Shown here piece by piece: positions 1-9,088 of a stretch of 64,000 nucleotides of DNA. The notes under the pieces are model-generated. The model was not told the origin of the DNA. It saw only the letters and a program-made list of their open reading frames with translations, and ran no database searches. Origin of the DNA: Polyangiales bacterium (lineage in GTDB: Bacteria > Myxococcota_A > Polyangia > Polyangiales > Ga0077539); NCBI GenBank assembly GCA_044229975.1, contig JBGARZ010000023.1, positions 64,001 to 128,000 of the forward strand, in the 5' to 3' direction. Position numbers and translations under genes: made by a program. How positions within the stretch are numbered: the first letter of the stretch is position 1; each line of letters opens with the position of its first letter.

Positions 1-1
1 C

Positions 2-640
2 GTCCTGCTGCACGGCGACGGGACCTCCTGGCGGCAGGAGCGCCTCCCCGAGGCGGCCCGCGCGGAGAACCTCTACAAGATCGCGGCCGACGGGGACACG
101 CTCTACGTCGTGGGTTCCGGCGGGCTGGTGCTCCGACGCGACGTGCGCAGCGGCGAGTGGGAGCGGCTCGACGTCGCGCTGGCCACCAGCGACGACCGCC
201 TCTTCACCGTCTCGTGCGCGGGTGGGGCGTGCTTCGCGGTCGGCGGGAGCGGCGCAGGCCTCGTGCTCACCGGCGGCGTTGGAGGCTGGAACGCCCTCGC
301 GTCGGTGGGCGACGCCTCCCTCGACGCCCTGCCCGGCCTGAGCGGCGTGTGGGCGCGTGGGGCGGACGACGTCCTCCTGGTGGGCGCCAACGGCGCCACG
401 CTGCACCTCGGCGGCGGGGGCCTCCGCGGGCCCGGTCGGCCGCTCACCGCGGCGACCCTCCACGGCGTGGGCGGCTTCGACGACGTGGCGCTCGCCGTCG
501 GCGGAGAACTCTCCAACGCGACCGCCTCGCAGCGGGGGGTGATCCTCGTGCTGGGCGACCCCGAGCCTGACATCACCCTCGACGGCAGGCTCTACACGGC
601 GGGCGCGGTGCAGGGATCGCGACCAGGCGGCGGGCAGTAG
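2..640 (+). CDS. C-terminal part (5'-truncated) of a beta-propeller-like repeat protein
   Basis: Frame is open from base 2 (VLLHGDGTSWRQ...). Repeats such as LYVVGSGGLVLR, CFAVGGSG and LSGVWARGADDVLLVGANGATLH are typical of myxobacterial propeller-repeat surface proteins. Confidence 0.6.
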   Translation, partial: VLLHGDGTSWRQERLPEAARAENLYKIAADGDTLYVVGSGGLVLRRDVRSGEWERLDVALATSDDRLFTVSCAGGACFAVGGSGAGLVLTGGVGGWNALASVGDASLDALPGLSGVWARGADDVLLVGANGATLHLGGGGLRGPGRPLTAATLHGVGGFDDVALAVGGELSNATASQRGVILVLGDPEPDITLDGRLYTAGAVQGSRPGGGQ

Positions 641-764
641 TCGCCCGCGTGCTCGCTCCCTCGGGGCTCGTCGTACGACGTGGACGGTTCACCCACCTCA
701 GGTCGAGCGACAACGAACGGCGGGCGGACTAGTCCGCCGACTGAGCGGGCTCCGCGGCCGCCGT

Positions 765-1412
765 CTACGAGGTCGCGACGTGGGCGGACGGCACCCCATC
801 GACCCGGCGGAAGGAGCAGAACAGGAAGTCCTGCTGCGTCTGGAAGGGGGTGGCGTGCGTCTCCGAGACGCAACGCACTCGCGAGAACCCGCGACGCAGC
901 TCCGAGTCCAGGCTGTCCTCGCTGTATCGCCGGACCGGCAGGCCGCTGCACGTCGTCGGCCCCTCGATCGCGAAGGTGCCGATCACGGCGTGGCCACCGG
1001 GTCGCACCGCGGCCGTCGCGACGGAGAGATAGCGGACGATCTGTTCGGTCGTGGTGAGGAAGTGAAACGCAGCCCGGTCGTGCCAGAGGTCGTAGCTGCG
1101 GTCGGGCTCGTACTCGGTCACGTCTCCGACGACCCAGCGGACGCGGTCGGCCTGGGCGCCGAGGCGACGGCGCGCCCGCTCCAGCGAACGCTCGCTGATG
1201 TCCAGGACCGTCACGTCCGCGAACCCGGCCTCCAGGAGGAAGTCCACGAGCCGCCCGTCCCCGCCGCCGATGTCGATGACGCTCGCGCCCGTTGAAAGGA
1301 CCGCCTCCCGCATGAGGGCGAGGGAGGTCGCCGGCACGGCCTGCGTCCAGCTCATGGCCTCGGGCGGTCGCGTTTCGTAGATGCGGTCCCAATAATCTTT
1401 CGAGGTGCCCAT
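765..1412 (-). CDS. Class I SAM-dependent methyltransferase
   Basis: VIDIGGGDG motif I, VLDIS, YDLWHDRAAFHFL. Start placed at MGTSKDYW. Confidence 0.85.
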   Translation of the reverse strand: MGTSKDYWDRIYETRPPEAMSWTQAVPATSLALMREAVLSTGASVIDIGGGDGRLVDFLLEAGFADVTVLDISERSLERARRRLGAQADRVRWVVGDVTEYEPDRSYDLWHDRAAFHFLTTTEQIVRYLSVATAAVRPGGHAVIGTFAIEGPTTCSGLPVRRYSEDSLDSELRRGFSRVRCVSETHATPFQTQQDFLFCSFRRVDGVPSAHVATS

Positions 1413-1556
1413 CGCGGTAGCCGTCCCTGAACGGTCGTCGCATGGCCTTGGGGAGGCGTCCACCCGTGTGAGGGGCCGAGGACCCTGCACCGTCAACGCG
1501 CCCCGCTCCGGCGCTCGATGCGAGCTCGGTCGGCCGGTTGTTGACCGGCACCTTTG

Positions 1557-1589
1557 GTTAGTGTGAGCTTACGGTTAGTCATGGCTAAC
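1557..1589. promoter_or_regulatory. Tandem imperfect palindromes, candidate ArsR-family autoregulatory operator
   Basis: GTTAGTGTGAGCTTAC (1557-1572) and GTTAGTCATGGCTAAC (1574-1589). The second overlaps the ArsR ATG. Confidence 0.55.
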
Positions 1590-1907
1590 GCAGAGCACAT
1601 CCTCGACGCGCTGGGCAACGGGACCCGGCGCGCGGTGCTCCGGCGTTTGCAGCACGGGGCCCGCTCGGTGAGGGAGATCGCCGAGGGCCTGAACGTGACG
1701 CGCCCCGCGGTCTCGCAGCACCTCCGCGTGCTCAAGGCGGCGGGCCTGGTGAAGGATCGGGCTGAGGGGACGCGGCGCCTCTACTCGGTCGATCGGCAAG
1801 GGCTCGAAGCCGTGCGCCGATGGATCGACGGGGTGTGGGACGAGGCGCTGGCGGCGTTCGCGGAAGCCGCCGAGCAGGAAGCGGACAAGGAGATCCGAGG
1901 ACAATGA
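1581..1907 (+). CDS. ArsR/SmtB family transcriptional regulator
   Basis: ALGNGTRRAVL...VTRPAVSQHLRVLKAAGLV...GTRRLYS winged HTH. ATGA overlap with the next gene. Confidence 0.9.
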   Translation: MANAEHILDALGNGTRRAVLRRLQHGARSVREIAEGLNVTRPAVSQHLRVLKAAGLVKDRAEGTRRLYSVDRQGLEAVRRWIDGVWDEALAAFAEAAEQEADKEIRGQ

Positions 1908-2407
1908 CCGAAGAAGCGAAGACGTTGGATGGGGACCCGACCTGCGTGCGGAAGGTGATCCAGGTGCGGGCGCCGCTCGCCGTCGCCTGGCGGGTCTTCA
2001 CCGACCGCCTCGGGACGTGGTGGCCCCTGGAGCACTACAAGATCGGCAAGACCCGGCCGATCGACGCCGTGCTCGAACCGCGCGTCGGGGGCCGCTGGTA
2101 CGAGCGCGGCGAGGACGGGAGCACCTGCGAGTGGGGCACGGTGCTCGCGTGGGAGCCGCCCGCGCGCCTCGTGCTCTCCTGGGACATCACCGCGGACTGG
2201 CAGTACGACCCCGAGCTCAAGACCGAGATCGAGGTGCGCTTCGTCGCCGAGGGCGACCGGAGCACCCGCGTCGAGTTGGAGCACCGACGCCTCGACCGCT
2301 ACGGCGCGCGCCGCGACGAGATGCGGCGGGTCTTCGACAAGGAAGGCGACTGGGGACGTCTCCTCGAACGCTTCGCGGGCGTCGCCGAGAACGGGGGCGG
2401 CGAATGA
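1904..2407 (+). CDS. SRPBCC/AHSA1 domain protein
   Basis: VRKVIQVRAPLAVAWRVFT...WWP, WEPPARLVLSW, TEIEVRF, GDWGRLLERF. Classic ArsR-SRPBCC pair. Confidence 0.85.
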   Translation: MTEEAKTLDGDPTCVRKVIQVRAPLAVAWRVFTDRLGTWWPLEHYKIGKTRPIDAVLEPRVGGRWYERGEDGSTCEWGTVLAWEPPARLVLSWDITADWQYDPELKTEIEVRFVAEGDRSTRVELEHRRLDRYGARRDEMRRVFDKEGDWGRLLERFAGVAENGGGE

Positions 2408-2709
2408 GCGACATCCGAGGCGCACGGAAGGCGTTGATCGCGCGCATCCTGGAGGGCGACGGTCGCGCCTCTCGGGAGCAGCGCAGGGGCGCGTTCGATC
2501 GCGCGCTCACTGACGGGCCGTTGCAGGCGCTCGTCGGCAAGGTCGCCGAGCACGCCCACCGGGTGACCGACGAGGACGTCGCGGCGGCGAAGGCGTCGGG
2601 CCTCACGGAGGACCAGATCTTCGAGCTCGTCGTGTGCGCGGCGATCGGTCAGGCGTCCCGTGAGCACGACGCGGCGCTCGCCGCGCTCAACGCCGCCGGG
2701 GGCGCGTGA
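2404..2709 (+). CDS. Small AhpD/CMD-like helical protein
   Basis: KVAEHAHRVTDEDVAAAKASGLTEDQIFELVVCAA. Translationally coupled to the SRPBCC gene. Confidence 0.6.
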   Translation: MSDIRGARKALIARILEGDGRASREQRRGAFDRALTDGPLQALVGKVAEHAHRVTDEDVAAAKASGLTEDQIFELVVCAAIGQASREHDAALAALNAAGGA

Positions 2710-2711
2710 GC

Positions 2712-3293
2712 ATGCGACTCTCGATCCTCGACACGGGCCACGGCCTCGGGACGAAGGCTCTCTTCGCGACGATCCGCACGTTCTCCCGCCAGCCCGTGCT
2801 CGACGTCATCAAGCTGGTGAAGTACCGGGCCGACTTCTACGGCGACCCCGCGAGCGCCGTGACCCACGAGGCGATGCGCGGGCCCTCCGCGTGGACGGTC
2901 GGCGACCGCGAGCTCATGGCGGCGGTGGTCGCCCAGGCGAACGAGTGCGAGTGGTGTACGAAGGCCCATTCCGCCGTTGCGGAGGGCGCCTATCGCGACC
3001 ATGCGAAGGTCACTGCGGTGCTCTCCGACCTCGACTCGGCACCCATCGAAGAGCCGCTCCGGGCCACGTTGCGCATGCTGCGCAAGCTGACGCAGGAGCA
3101 CTCCGTCGATGCGGGCGACATGAGCGCTCTCCTGGCCGCGGGGGTCACTCGCGAGCAGGTCGAGGACGCGCTCGCGGTCTCCTTCGCGTTCGGCACCACC
3201 ACCCGCCTGGCCAACGCTTTCGGGTTCACCGTGCCCGGTCCCGAAGCCTTCGCGGCGGGAGCGAAGTACCTGCTCGCTCGCGGCTATCGCTGA
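2712..3293 (+). CDS. Carboxymuconolactone decarboxylase/AhpD family peroxidase-related protein
   Basis: RELMAAVVAQANECEWCTKAH (ExxA...NxCxxCxxxH AhpD motif). Confidence 0.8.
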   Translation: MRLSILDTGHGLGTKALFATIRTFSRQPVLDVIKLVKYRADFYGDPASAVTHEAMRGPSAWTVGDRELMAAVVAQANECEWCTKAHSAVAEGAYRDHAKVTAVLSDLDSAPIEEPLRATLRMLRKLTQEHSVDAGDMSALLAAGVTREQVEDALAVSFAFGTTTRLANAFGFTVPGPEAFAAGAKYLLARGYR

Positions 3294-3320
3294 GGCTCCT
3301 CCCGCATCGAAGAAGCACTG

Positions 3321-4364
3321 CTATGACCCATGCCGGTGCCGGTGATGGGTGTCCGGGAGGTGGGCGTGACGGTGCCGTAGCGGAGCGTGACGATGCGGAT
3401 GCGTGTGCCCGTCGCGCGCATCGACGCCATCGGGATGGACGTGCTGGTGGTGCGCGTCGTGGTCGTGTTCGTGGTCGTGCTCGACCGGTGCGTGGTCGTG
3501 CTCGTGTTCGTGACGCTCGGACAGGTGCAGCCACAGGCCCGCTGCCATCAGCGCCGCGGCGGGGTACGCGACGGCCGCAGGGCGCTCGCCCAGCAGCGGC
3601 ACCGAGAGCGCCGCCCCGACGAAGGGCGCGAGCGCGAACCACGCGCCGGTGCGAGCGGCCCCGAGGTGCCGTAGTGCGAGCACGAACAAGATCAGGCTCA
3701 GCCCGTTGCTGATGAAGCCCAGGAGCAGCGCGCCGCTGAGCGCTGGGAGCGGTGGCCAGCGCAGGCCGAGCGCGAGGGCGAGGAGCGCGTTGAAGGAGCC
3801 AGCGCAGAGGCCCTTGAACAGGACGATCCAGCGCGGGTCGAGGTCGGACAGATTGCGGGTGAGGTTGTTGTCGGCCGCCCAGCAGAGGCACGCCCCAGCG
3901 ATCGCGAGGGCGCCCCACGCCCCGCCGCGCGCGGGCACTCCCTGGAACGAGAGCAGCGCGCTGCCCGCGACGACGAGGGCGAAGCCGAGGACGAGACGGC
4001 GGTCGGAGGCTTCGCGGAAGGCAACCCAGGCGAGGAGCGCGGTGAAGACGCCCTCCAGGTTGAGCAGGAGGGCCGCGGTGGTCGCCGGGACGACGCGGAG
4101 CCCAAGCAGCAGGAGGAGCGGCCCAGCGACACCGCCCAGCGCGATCGGAGCGACCAGACGCCGACGCTCCGCGGGGGTCGGCGGTCGGCCCCAGGAGGCG
4201 CCTGGTGCGATCGCCCATAGGGCGAGGCCGAGGCCCGCGCCGAGGTAGAGAAGGGAGGCGATCGCGACCGGGTGCGCGTCCCGCAACAGCAACCGGGAGA
4301 GGGGCGTGCTGATGCCGAAGAGCACCGCGGCCACCACCGCATACGCGACTCCCCGAAGACTCAT
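3321..4364 (-). CDS. DMT/EamA family transporter with His-rich C-terminal tail
   Basis: About 10 TM segments, LLLNLEGVFTALLAW, WAADNNLTR, and the tail HEHEHDH...HDHEHDHDAHHQHVH...PDTHHRHRH. Confidence 0.85.
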   Translation of the reverse strand: MSLRGVAYAVVAAVLFGISTPLSRLLLRDAHPVAIASLLYLGAGLGLALWAIAPGASWGRPPTPAERRRLVAPIALGGVAGPLLLLLGLRVVPATTAALLLNLEGVFTALLAWVAFREASDRRLVLGFALVVAGSALLSFQGVPARGGAWGALAIAGACLCWAADNNLTRNLSDLDPRWIVLFKGLCAGSFNALLALALGLRWPPLPALSGALLLGFISNGLSLILFVLALRHLGAARTGAWFALAPFVGAALSVPLLGERPAAVAYPAAALMAAGLWLHLSERHEHEHDHAPVEHDHEHDHDAHHQHVHPDGVDARDGHTHPHRHAPLRHRHAHLPDTHHRHRHGS

Positions 4365-4410
4365 CGCTGGGCGGCGTCCGAGCGACGCCCTTCCTGTGTG
4401 AGCTCGCGGT

Positions 4411-7400
4411 TCATGCCGTCACCGTGGCCGGATCTCGATGGTCTTGGGTCAGAGCACCGAACCGTCGGTAGAGCGCGGGCACCACGAACATGTTGAGCAC
4501 TGTCGAGGAGAACAGCCCGCAGAGGATCACGACCGCCATCGGGGCCTGGATCTCGCTCCCGGGCCGCCCTCCTGCCAGTGCCAGGGGTACGAGGCCCAGG
4601 CCCGCCGCGAGCGCCGTCATCAGGATGGGAACGAGGCGCTCCAGGGCGCCGCGTCGCACCGCCTCGTGCGGGTCGGTCACGCCCTCTTCGTGCGCCAGAT
4701 GGCGGACGTGCGACACGAGCATGATGCCGTTGCGCGTCGCCACGCCGAAGAGCGTGATGAAGCCCACGAGCGAGGCGACCGAGAGCACGCCGCCTTCGAG
4801 GTAGACGCCGACGACGCCTCCCACGAGCGCGAGCGGCAGGTTGAGCATCACCAGCAGCGCGTCCCGCCCCGAGCGGAACGCCAGCGCGAGGAGCGCGAAG
4901 ACGCCGAGGATCGCCGCAGCGCCTGCGAGGGCGATGGTACGCGTCGCACCCTCGGCGCTCTCGAACTGGCCACCGTAGGCGATGCGGTAGCCGGGCGGGA
5001 GCGTGACGCCGCGCGCGATGGCCTGCCGCACATCGCCCACGACGCTGCCCACGTCGCGTGCGGCGACGTTGCAGCTCACCACGAGCTTGCGCTCGACGCC
5101 CTCGCGGCCGATCTCGTGTGGGGCCCGGTCGCGCCGGACGTCGGCCAGCGCCCGCAGGGGCACCCGCGCGCCGCGTGGGGTCAGCACGAGGGCGTCGCCG
5201 AGGGCGTCGATCGACGGGGCGCGCGCAGGGTCCATGCGGGCGACGAGCTCGAACACCGCTGTGCCCTCCATCACCTCGGAGACGACGTGCGTGCCCGTCG
5301 TGACCTCCAGCGTGCGAGCGACGTCGGCCACCCGCAGGCCGTGGCGGGCGATCGCCGCGCGGTCGAAGCGCACCCGCACGAAGGGGATGTCAGCCTGCTG
5401 CTCGCGGGCGAGGTCCACGACGCCGGGGACGCCGCGCATGGCGGTCTCGATGGCGGCCCCGAGGCGACGCAGCTCCGAGAGGTCGGGGCCGAAGAGCTTC
5501 ACCGCTACGCTGGCGCGCGTGCCCGACAGCATGTGGTCGATGCGGTGCCCGATGGGCTGACCCACCGTGACGTTCATCCCAGGCAGCAGGGAGAAGTCGC
5601 GCCGCAGCGCTGCCAGGAAGGTCTCCCGCGAGCGTGCCGTCTCCCGCAGGCTCACGTCGAGCTCGGAGGCGTGAACTCCCTGGGCGTGTTCGTCCATCTC
5701 CGCGCGCCCGGTGCGGCGAGCGACCGAGACGACCTCCCGGTGGCGCATCAGGATCCGCTCGACCCGCCGGCCCATGGCGTCCGACTCTGCCAGCGACGTT
5801 CCGGGGAGGGTCACGGTCGCGATGGTGAGCGTGCCTTCGCGGAACTCCGGTAGAAACGACCGTCCTGCGAGCGCGAGCGCGACGCCGGCCCCGCCGAGGA
5901 GCACCAGCGCGACGGCGGCGAGCACCCGCCACCCGCGGAGCGCGCGGTCGAGCAGCGGAGCGTAGCGGGCCTTGAGCCAGGCGGCGAGGCGAGGTTCCTC
6001 GGCCCGGGTCACCGCGCGCGCACCGGGCAGCAGGAACGAACAGAGCACCGGCGTGACGGTGACGGCCACGAGAAGCGAGGCCCCGAGCGACACCACGTAG
6101 GCGAGGCCCAACGGCTGGAGGAGCCGCCCCTCGACCCCCGACAGGAAGAAGAGCGGCGAGAACACCGCCACCACGATGAGCGTCGCGAAGACGATGGAGC
6201 TGCGGATCTCGCGGCTCGCGGCGAGGACGATGGCGAGCGCGGCCGCGCGCCGGTCGGGCGGCAGGGCGGCGTTTTCGCGGAGGCGGCGGACGACGTTTTC
6301 GACGTCGATCACGGCGTCGTCCACCAGCTCGCCGACCGCGATGGCCATGCCACCCAGGGTCATGGTGTTGAGCGTCGCACCGAAGGCGGACAGTGCGAAG
6401 ACCGCCGTCATCAGGCTCAGCGGAATGGCCACGATCGTAATGACGCTGGCCCGTCCGCTCGCGAGGAAGAGGAGCACGACGAGCAGCACGAGCCCGACGC
6501 CGTCGCGCAGGGCCGTCGTGACGTTGTGGATGGCCACGTCGATGAAGTCGGCCTGGCGGAAGATGTTGCGGTGGATGGTCATCCCAGCGGGCAACGCGCG
6601 TGCGATCTCGTCGAGCTCGCGGTCGAGGCGCGTGGTGAGTTCGAGGGTGTTGGCGCCGGGCTGCCGCTGGATGCCCAGCACGACCGCCGGCTCCGCGCGG
6701 TAGGACCCTTCGCCTCGCTTGAGCGCCGCGCCGACACGCACTTCGCCGAGGTGACGCACCAGCACGGGCTCCTCGCCGCGCATCGCCACCAGCGTCTCGC
6801 CGACGTCCTCGACCGAGCGGACGCGACCCGTGCCGTGGACGAGGTACTCCTGCGCCCCTTCGGCGAGGAAGCCCGCCGACACGTTGAGGTTGCTGTCGGC
6901 GAGCGCTCGAAGCACCTCGTCCACCGTGAGGCGGTAGGCGACGAGGCGGTCGGGGTTGAGCACCACCTCGAACTGACGCCGCTCGCCGCCCGTCACCACC
7001 ACCTGCGACACGCCGGGTACCGCGAGGAGGCGCCGCCGAACCGTGAAGTCGGCCGCGGTACGCACCTCCATCGGCGTGTGCCGCGCGCTCGTCATCGCGA
7101 CGAAGAGGATCTCGCCCATGATCGACGAGACCGGCGCGAGCACTGGCGCTTCGACCTCGGCGGGGAGCGCGCCCTGCACCAACTGGAGCTTCTCGCTCAC
7201 GATCTGCCGCGCGCGGAACACGTCCGCGCCCCACTCGAACTCCACGTAGACGATGGAGATGCCGACGCCCGTCGAGGAGCGCACGCGCCGCACCCCGGGC
7301 GCTCCGTTGACGGCCGTCTCGATTGGATAGGTGACGCGGGTCTCCAGCTCCTCGGGCGCCATCCCGTGCCCCTCGGTGAGGATGGTGACCGTCGGCGCCG

Positions 7401-7527
7401 TGAGGTCGGGAAACACATCGACGGGCATGTGCGAGGCCGTCCACGCACCCCAGCCGAGGAGCACGACCGCGAGCCCGAGCACGACGACCCGGTGGGCGAG
7501 GGACCAGCGCAGGATGGCGTCGATCAT
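4411..7527 (-). CDS. czcA: Heavy-metal efflux RND permease (CzcA/CusA family)
   Basis: PVDVFPDL, GELVDDAVIDVENV, ERLVPILMTA. About 1038 aa from MIDAILRWSL. Confidence 0.9.
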   Translation of the reverse strand: MIDAILRWSLAHRVVVLGLAVVLLGWGAWTASHMPVDVFPDLTAPTVTILTEGHGMAPEELETRVTYPIETAVNGAPGVRRVRSSTGVGISIVYVEFEWGADVFRARQIVSEKLQLVQGALPAEVEAPVLAPVSSIMGEILFVAMTSARHTPMEVRTAADFTVRRRLLAVPGVSQVVVTGGERRQFEVVLNPDRLVAYRLTVDEVLRALADSNLNVSAGFLAEGAQEYLVHGTGRVRSVEDVGETLVAMRGEEPVLVRHLGEVRVGAALKRGEGSYRAEPAVVLGIQRQPGANTLELTTRLDRELDEIARALPAGMTIHRNIFRQADFIDVAIHNVTTALRDGVGLVLLVVLLFLASGRASVITIVAIPLSLMTAVFALSAFGATLNTMTLGGMAIAVGELVDDAVIDVENVVRRLRENAALPPDRRAAALAIVLAASREIRSSIVFATLIVVAVFSPLFFLSGVEGRLLQPLGLAYVVSLGASLLVAVTVTPVLCSFLLPGARAVTRAEEPRLAAWLKARYAPLLDRALRGWRVLAAVALVLLGGAGVALALAGRSFLPEFREGTLTIATVTLPGTSLAESDAMGRRVERILMRHREVVSVARRTGRAEMDEHAQGVHASELDVSLRETARSRETFLAALRRDFSLLPGMNVTVGQPIGHRIDHMLSGTRASVAVKLFGPDLSELRRLGAAIETAMRGVPGVVDLAREQQADIPFVRVRFDRAAIARHGLRVADVARTLEVTTGTHVVSEVMEGTAVFELVARMDPARAPSIDALGDALVLTPRGARVPLRALADVRRDRAPHEIGREGVERKLVVSCNVAARDVGSVVGDVRQAIARGVTLPPGYRIAYGGQFESAEGATRTIALAGAAAILGVFALLALAFRSGRDALLVMLNLPLALVGGVVGVYLEGGVLSVASLVGFITLFGVATRNGIMLVSHVRHLAHEEGVTDPHEAVRRGALERLVPILMTALAAGLGLVPLALAGGRPGSEIQAPMAVVILCGLFSSTVLNMFVVPALYRRFGALTQDHRDPATVTA

Positions 7528-7534
7528 GCGGGCC

Positions 7535-9088
7535 TCAATGGGAGTGCCCGTGCGCGGGAACGGCACCGCCCGAGGCCGCGAGCTTCACCGACCACGCGCC
7601 CCGCGTGACGACGCGTTCGCCCGTGCGCACCCCGTCGGTCACGGCGACATAGCCGCGGTCGGAGGGGCCAAGCCGCACCGCACGGCGCTCGAAGGACTCG
7701 CCCTCGACCTGCACGAAGACCACACGATGGCTGCCGTCGTCCACGATCGCTCCGACGGGCACGGCGACGGCCTGGGTCGGCTCGCCGACGAGGAGGTGGG
7801 CGGTGACGAAGGCGCCGAGCGGGAGGCGCGCGCCCGGGTTTTCCACGGCGAAGAGGGTGGTCATCGTGCGCGAGGTGGGGTCGATGCGGTGGTCGTTCCC
7901 GAGGAACGCATCGGCGCCGAGCTCGACGGTCTGCCCGTGCCCGGGGAGCTCGAACCACGCGCCGCGCAGGTGCTCGACCCGACCGGCGTCGGCCTCGGGC
8001 ACGCGCGCGTCGAGCCAGAGCCGCGTGAGGTCGGCGACATGGAAGAGGGGCGCTCCGGCCTCGACGAAGGCGCCCGGCGCGACCTCGACCTCGACGAGCG
8101 TTCCGGCGAGCGGGGCGCGCACCTGGATGTTCCCCGTGCCGCCGCGGTTGCGGGTCTGCTCGACGCTCTGGAACTGCGCCCGCCGACGCTCGGCCGCGGC
8201 TAGCGCGGCGCGGGCCTCCTCCTCGACGTGCGTCGCTTCGACGACGCGGTGTTCGGGGACGGCGCCCTCGGCCCGCAGGGCGTCGAGGCGGGCGCGTTCG
8301 TGCGTGGCCCGCGCGAGGTCGAGGCGCGCGCTGGTGACGGCGAGGTCGATCGACGCTCGGTCCGATGCCTCCAGCCGAGGCACGAGCAGCGCGAGCGGGG
8401 CCTCCACGGCGACCGCCTCGCCGATGCGCGGGAACGTCGCGCCGACCCGCACTACCCGCCCCGCGGCAGGAGCCGCGACGATGACGTCGCCGTCACCCCG
8501 CGCGCGCAGCGTGCCGGTGACCGCGAGGGAGGGCCGGAAGGGACGCTCGGTCGCAGCCTCGGTCGCGAACTCCGTCTGCCACTGCTGCTCCTTGAGGAAG
8601 GAGATCCGTCCGGCGTGCTCGCGCTCGCTGGGTGTGGACCGCCGCGCGGCCTCCACGGACTCGAACACCTGCACGTCGCCGAGGTCGTGCGTGACCGTAC
8701 CGTTGGCCCACTGGACCTCCACGAGAAGACGACGCGCACCCGCTGCGGCTGGGATCGCGACGGGGTGGAAGATGCCGGGCACCTCGGCGTGCTCCGTCGA
8801 GAAGCGTTCCTCCGACGGGCCGCCGCGCAAGACGATCGTCACCCGACCGGCGCCCAGGGCGGAGAAGTCCGCGAGGCGCGTGACGTGCGCGGCGAAGGGC
8901 GAGGGGCGCCCGCGAACGAGGGCGCGCAGCTCGACGAAGAGCTCGGTCCGGTCCGTCCAGCTCGTGAAGGAGATCGTGGGAGGTGAGGCGGCCGTGGAGG
9001 CCGCGGTTGCCGCGTCGGGCCGATCGGCGCTCCCGAGCCCACCGCACGCGGTGATCATGGCGAGCAGGAGCAGGCTCCGGGGCTTCAT
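7535..9088 (-). CDS. RND periplasmic adaptor (MFP), lipoprotein
   Basis: Lipobox ITAC, ISFLKEQQW, VRAPLAG, FERRAVRLG, C-terminal HGHSH. Confidence 0.85.
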   Translation of the reverse strand: MKPRSLLLLAMITACGGLGSADRPDAATAASTAASPPTISFTSWTDRTELFVELRALVRGRPSPFAAHVTRLADFSALGAGRVTIVLRGGPSEERFSTEHAEVPGIFHPVAIPAAAGARRLLVEVQWANGTVTHDLGDVQVFESVEAARRSTPSEREHAGRISFLKEQQWQTEFATEAATERPFRPSLAVTGTLRARGDGDVIVAAPAAGRVVRVGATFPRIGEAVAVEAPLALLVPRLEASDRASIDLAVTSARLDLARATHERARLDALRAEGAVPEHRVVEATHVEEEARAALAAAERRRAQFQSVEQTRNRGGTGNIQVRAPLAGTLVEVEVAPGAFVEAGAPLFHVADLTRLWLDARVPEADAGRVEHLRGAWFELPGHGQTVELGADAFLGNDHRIDPTSRTMTTLFAVENPGARLPLGAFVTAHLLVGEPTQAVAVPVGAIVDDGSHRVVFVQVEGESFERRAVRLGPSDRGYVAVTDGVRTGERVVTRGAWSVKLAASGGAVPAHGHSH

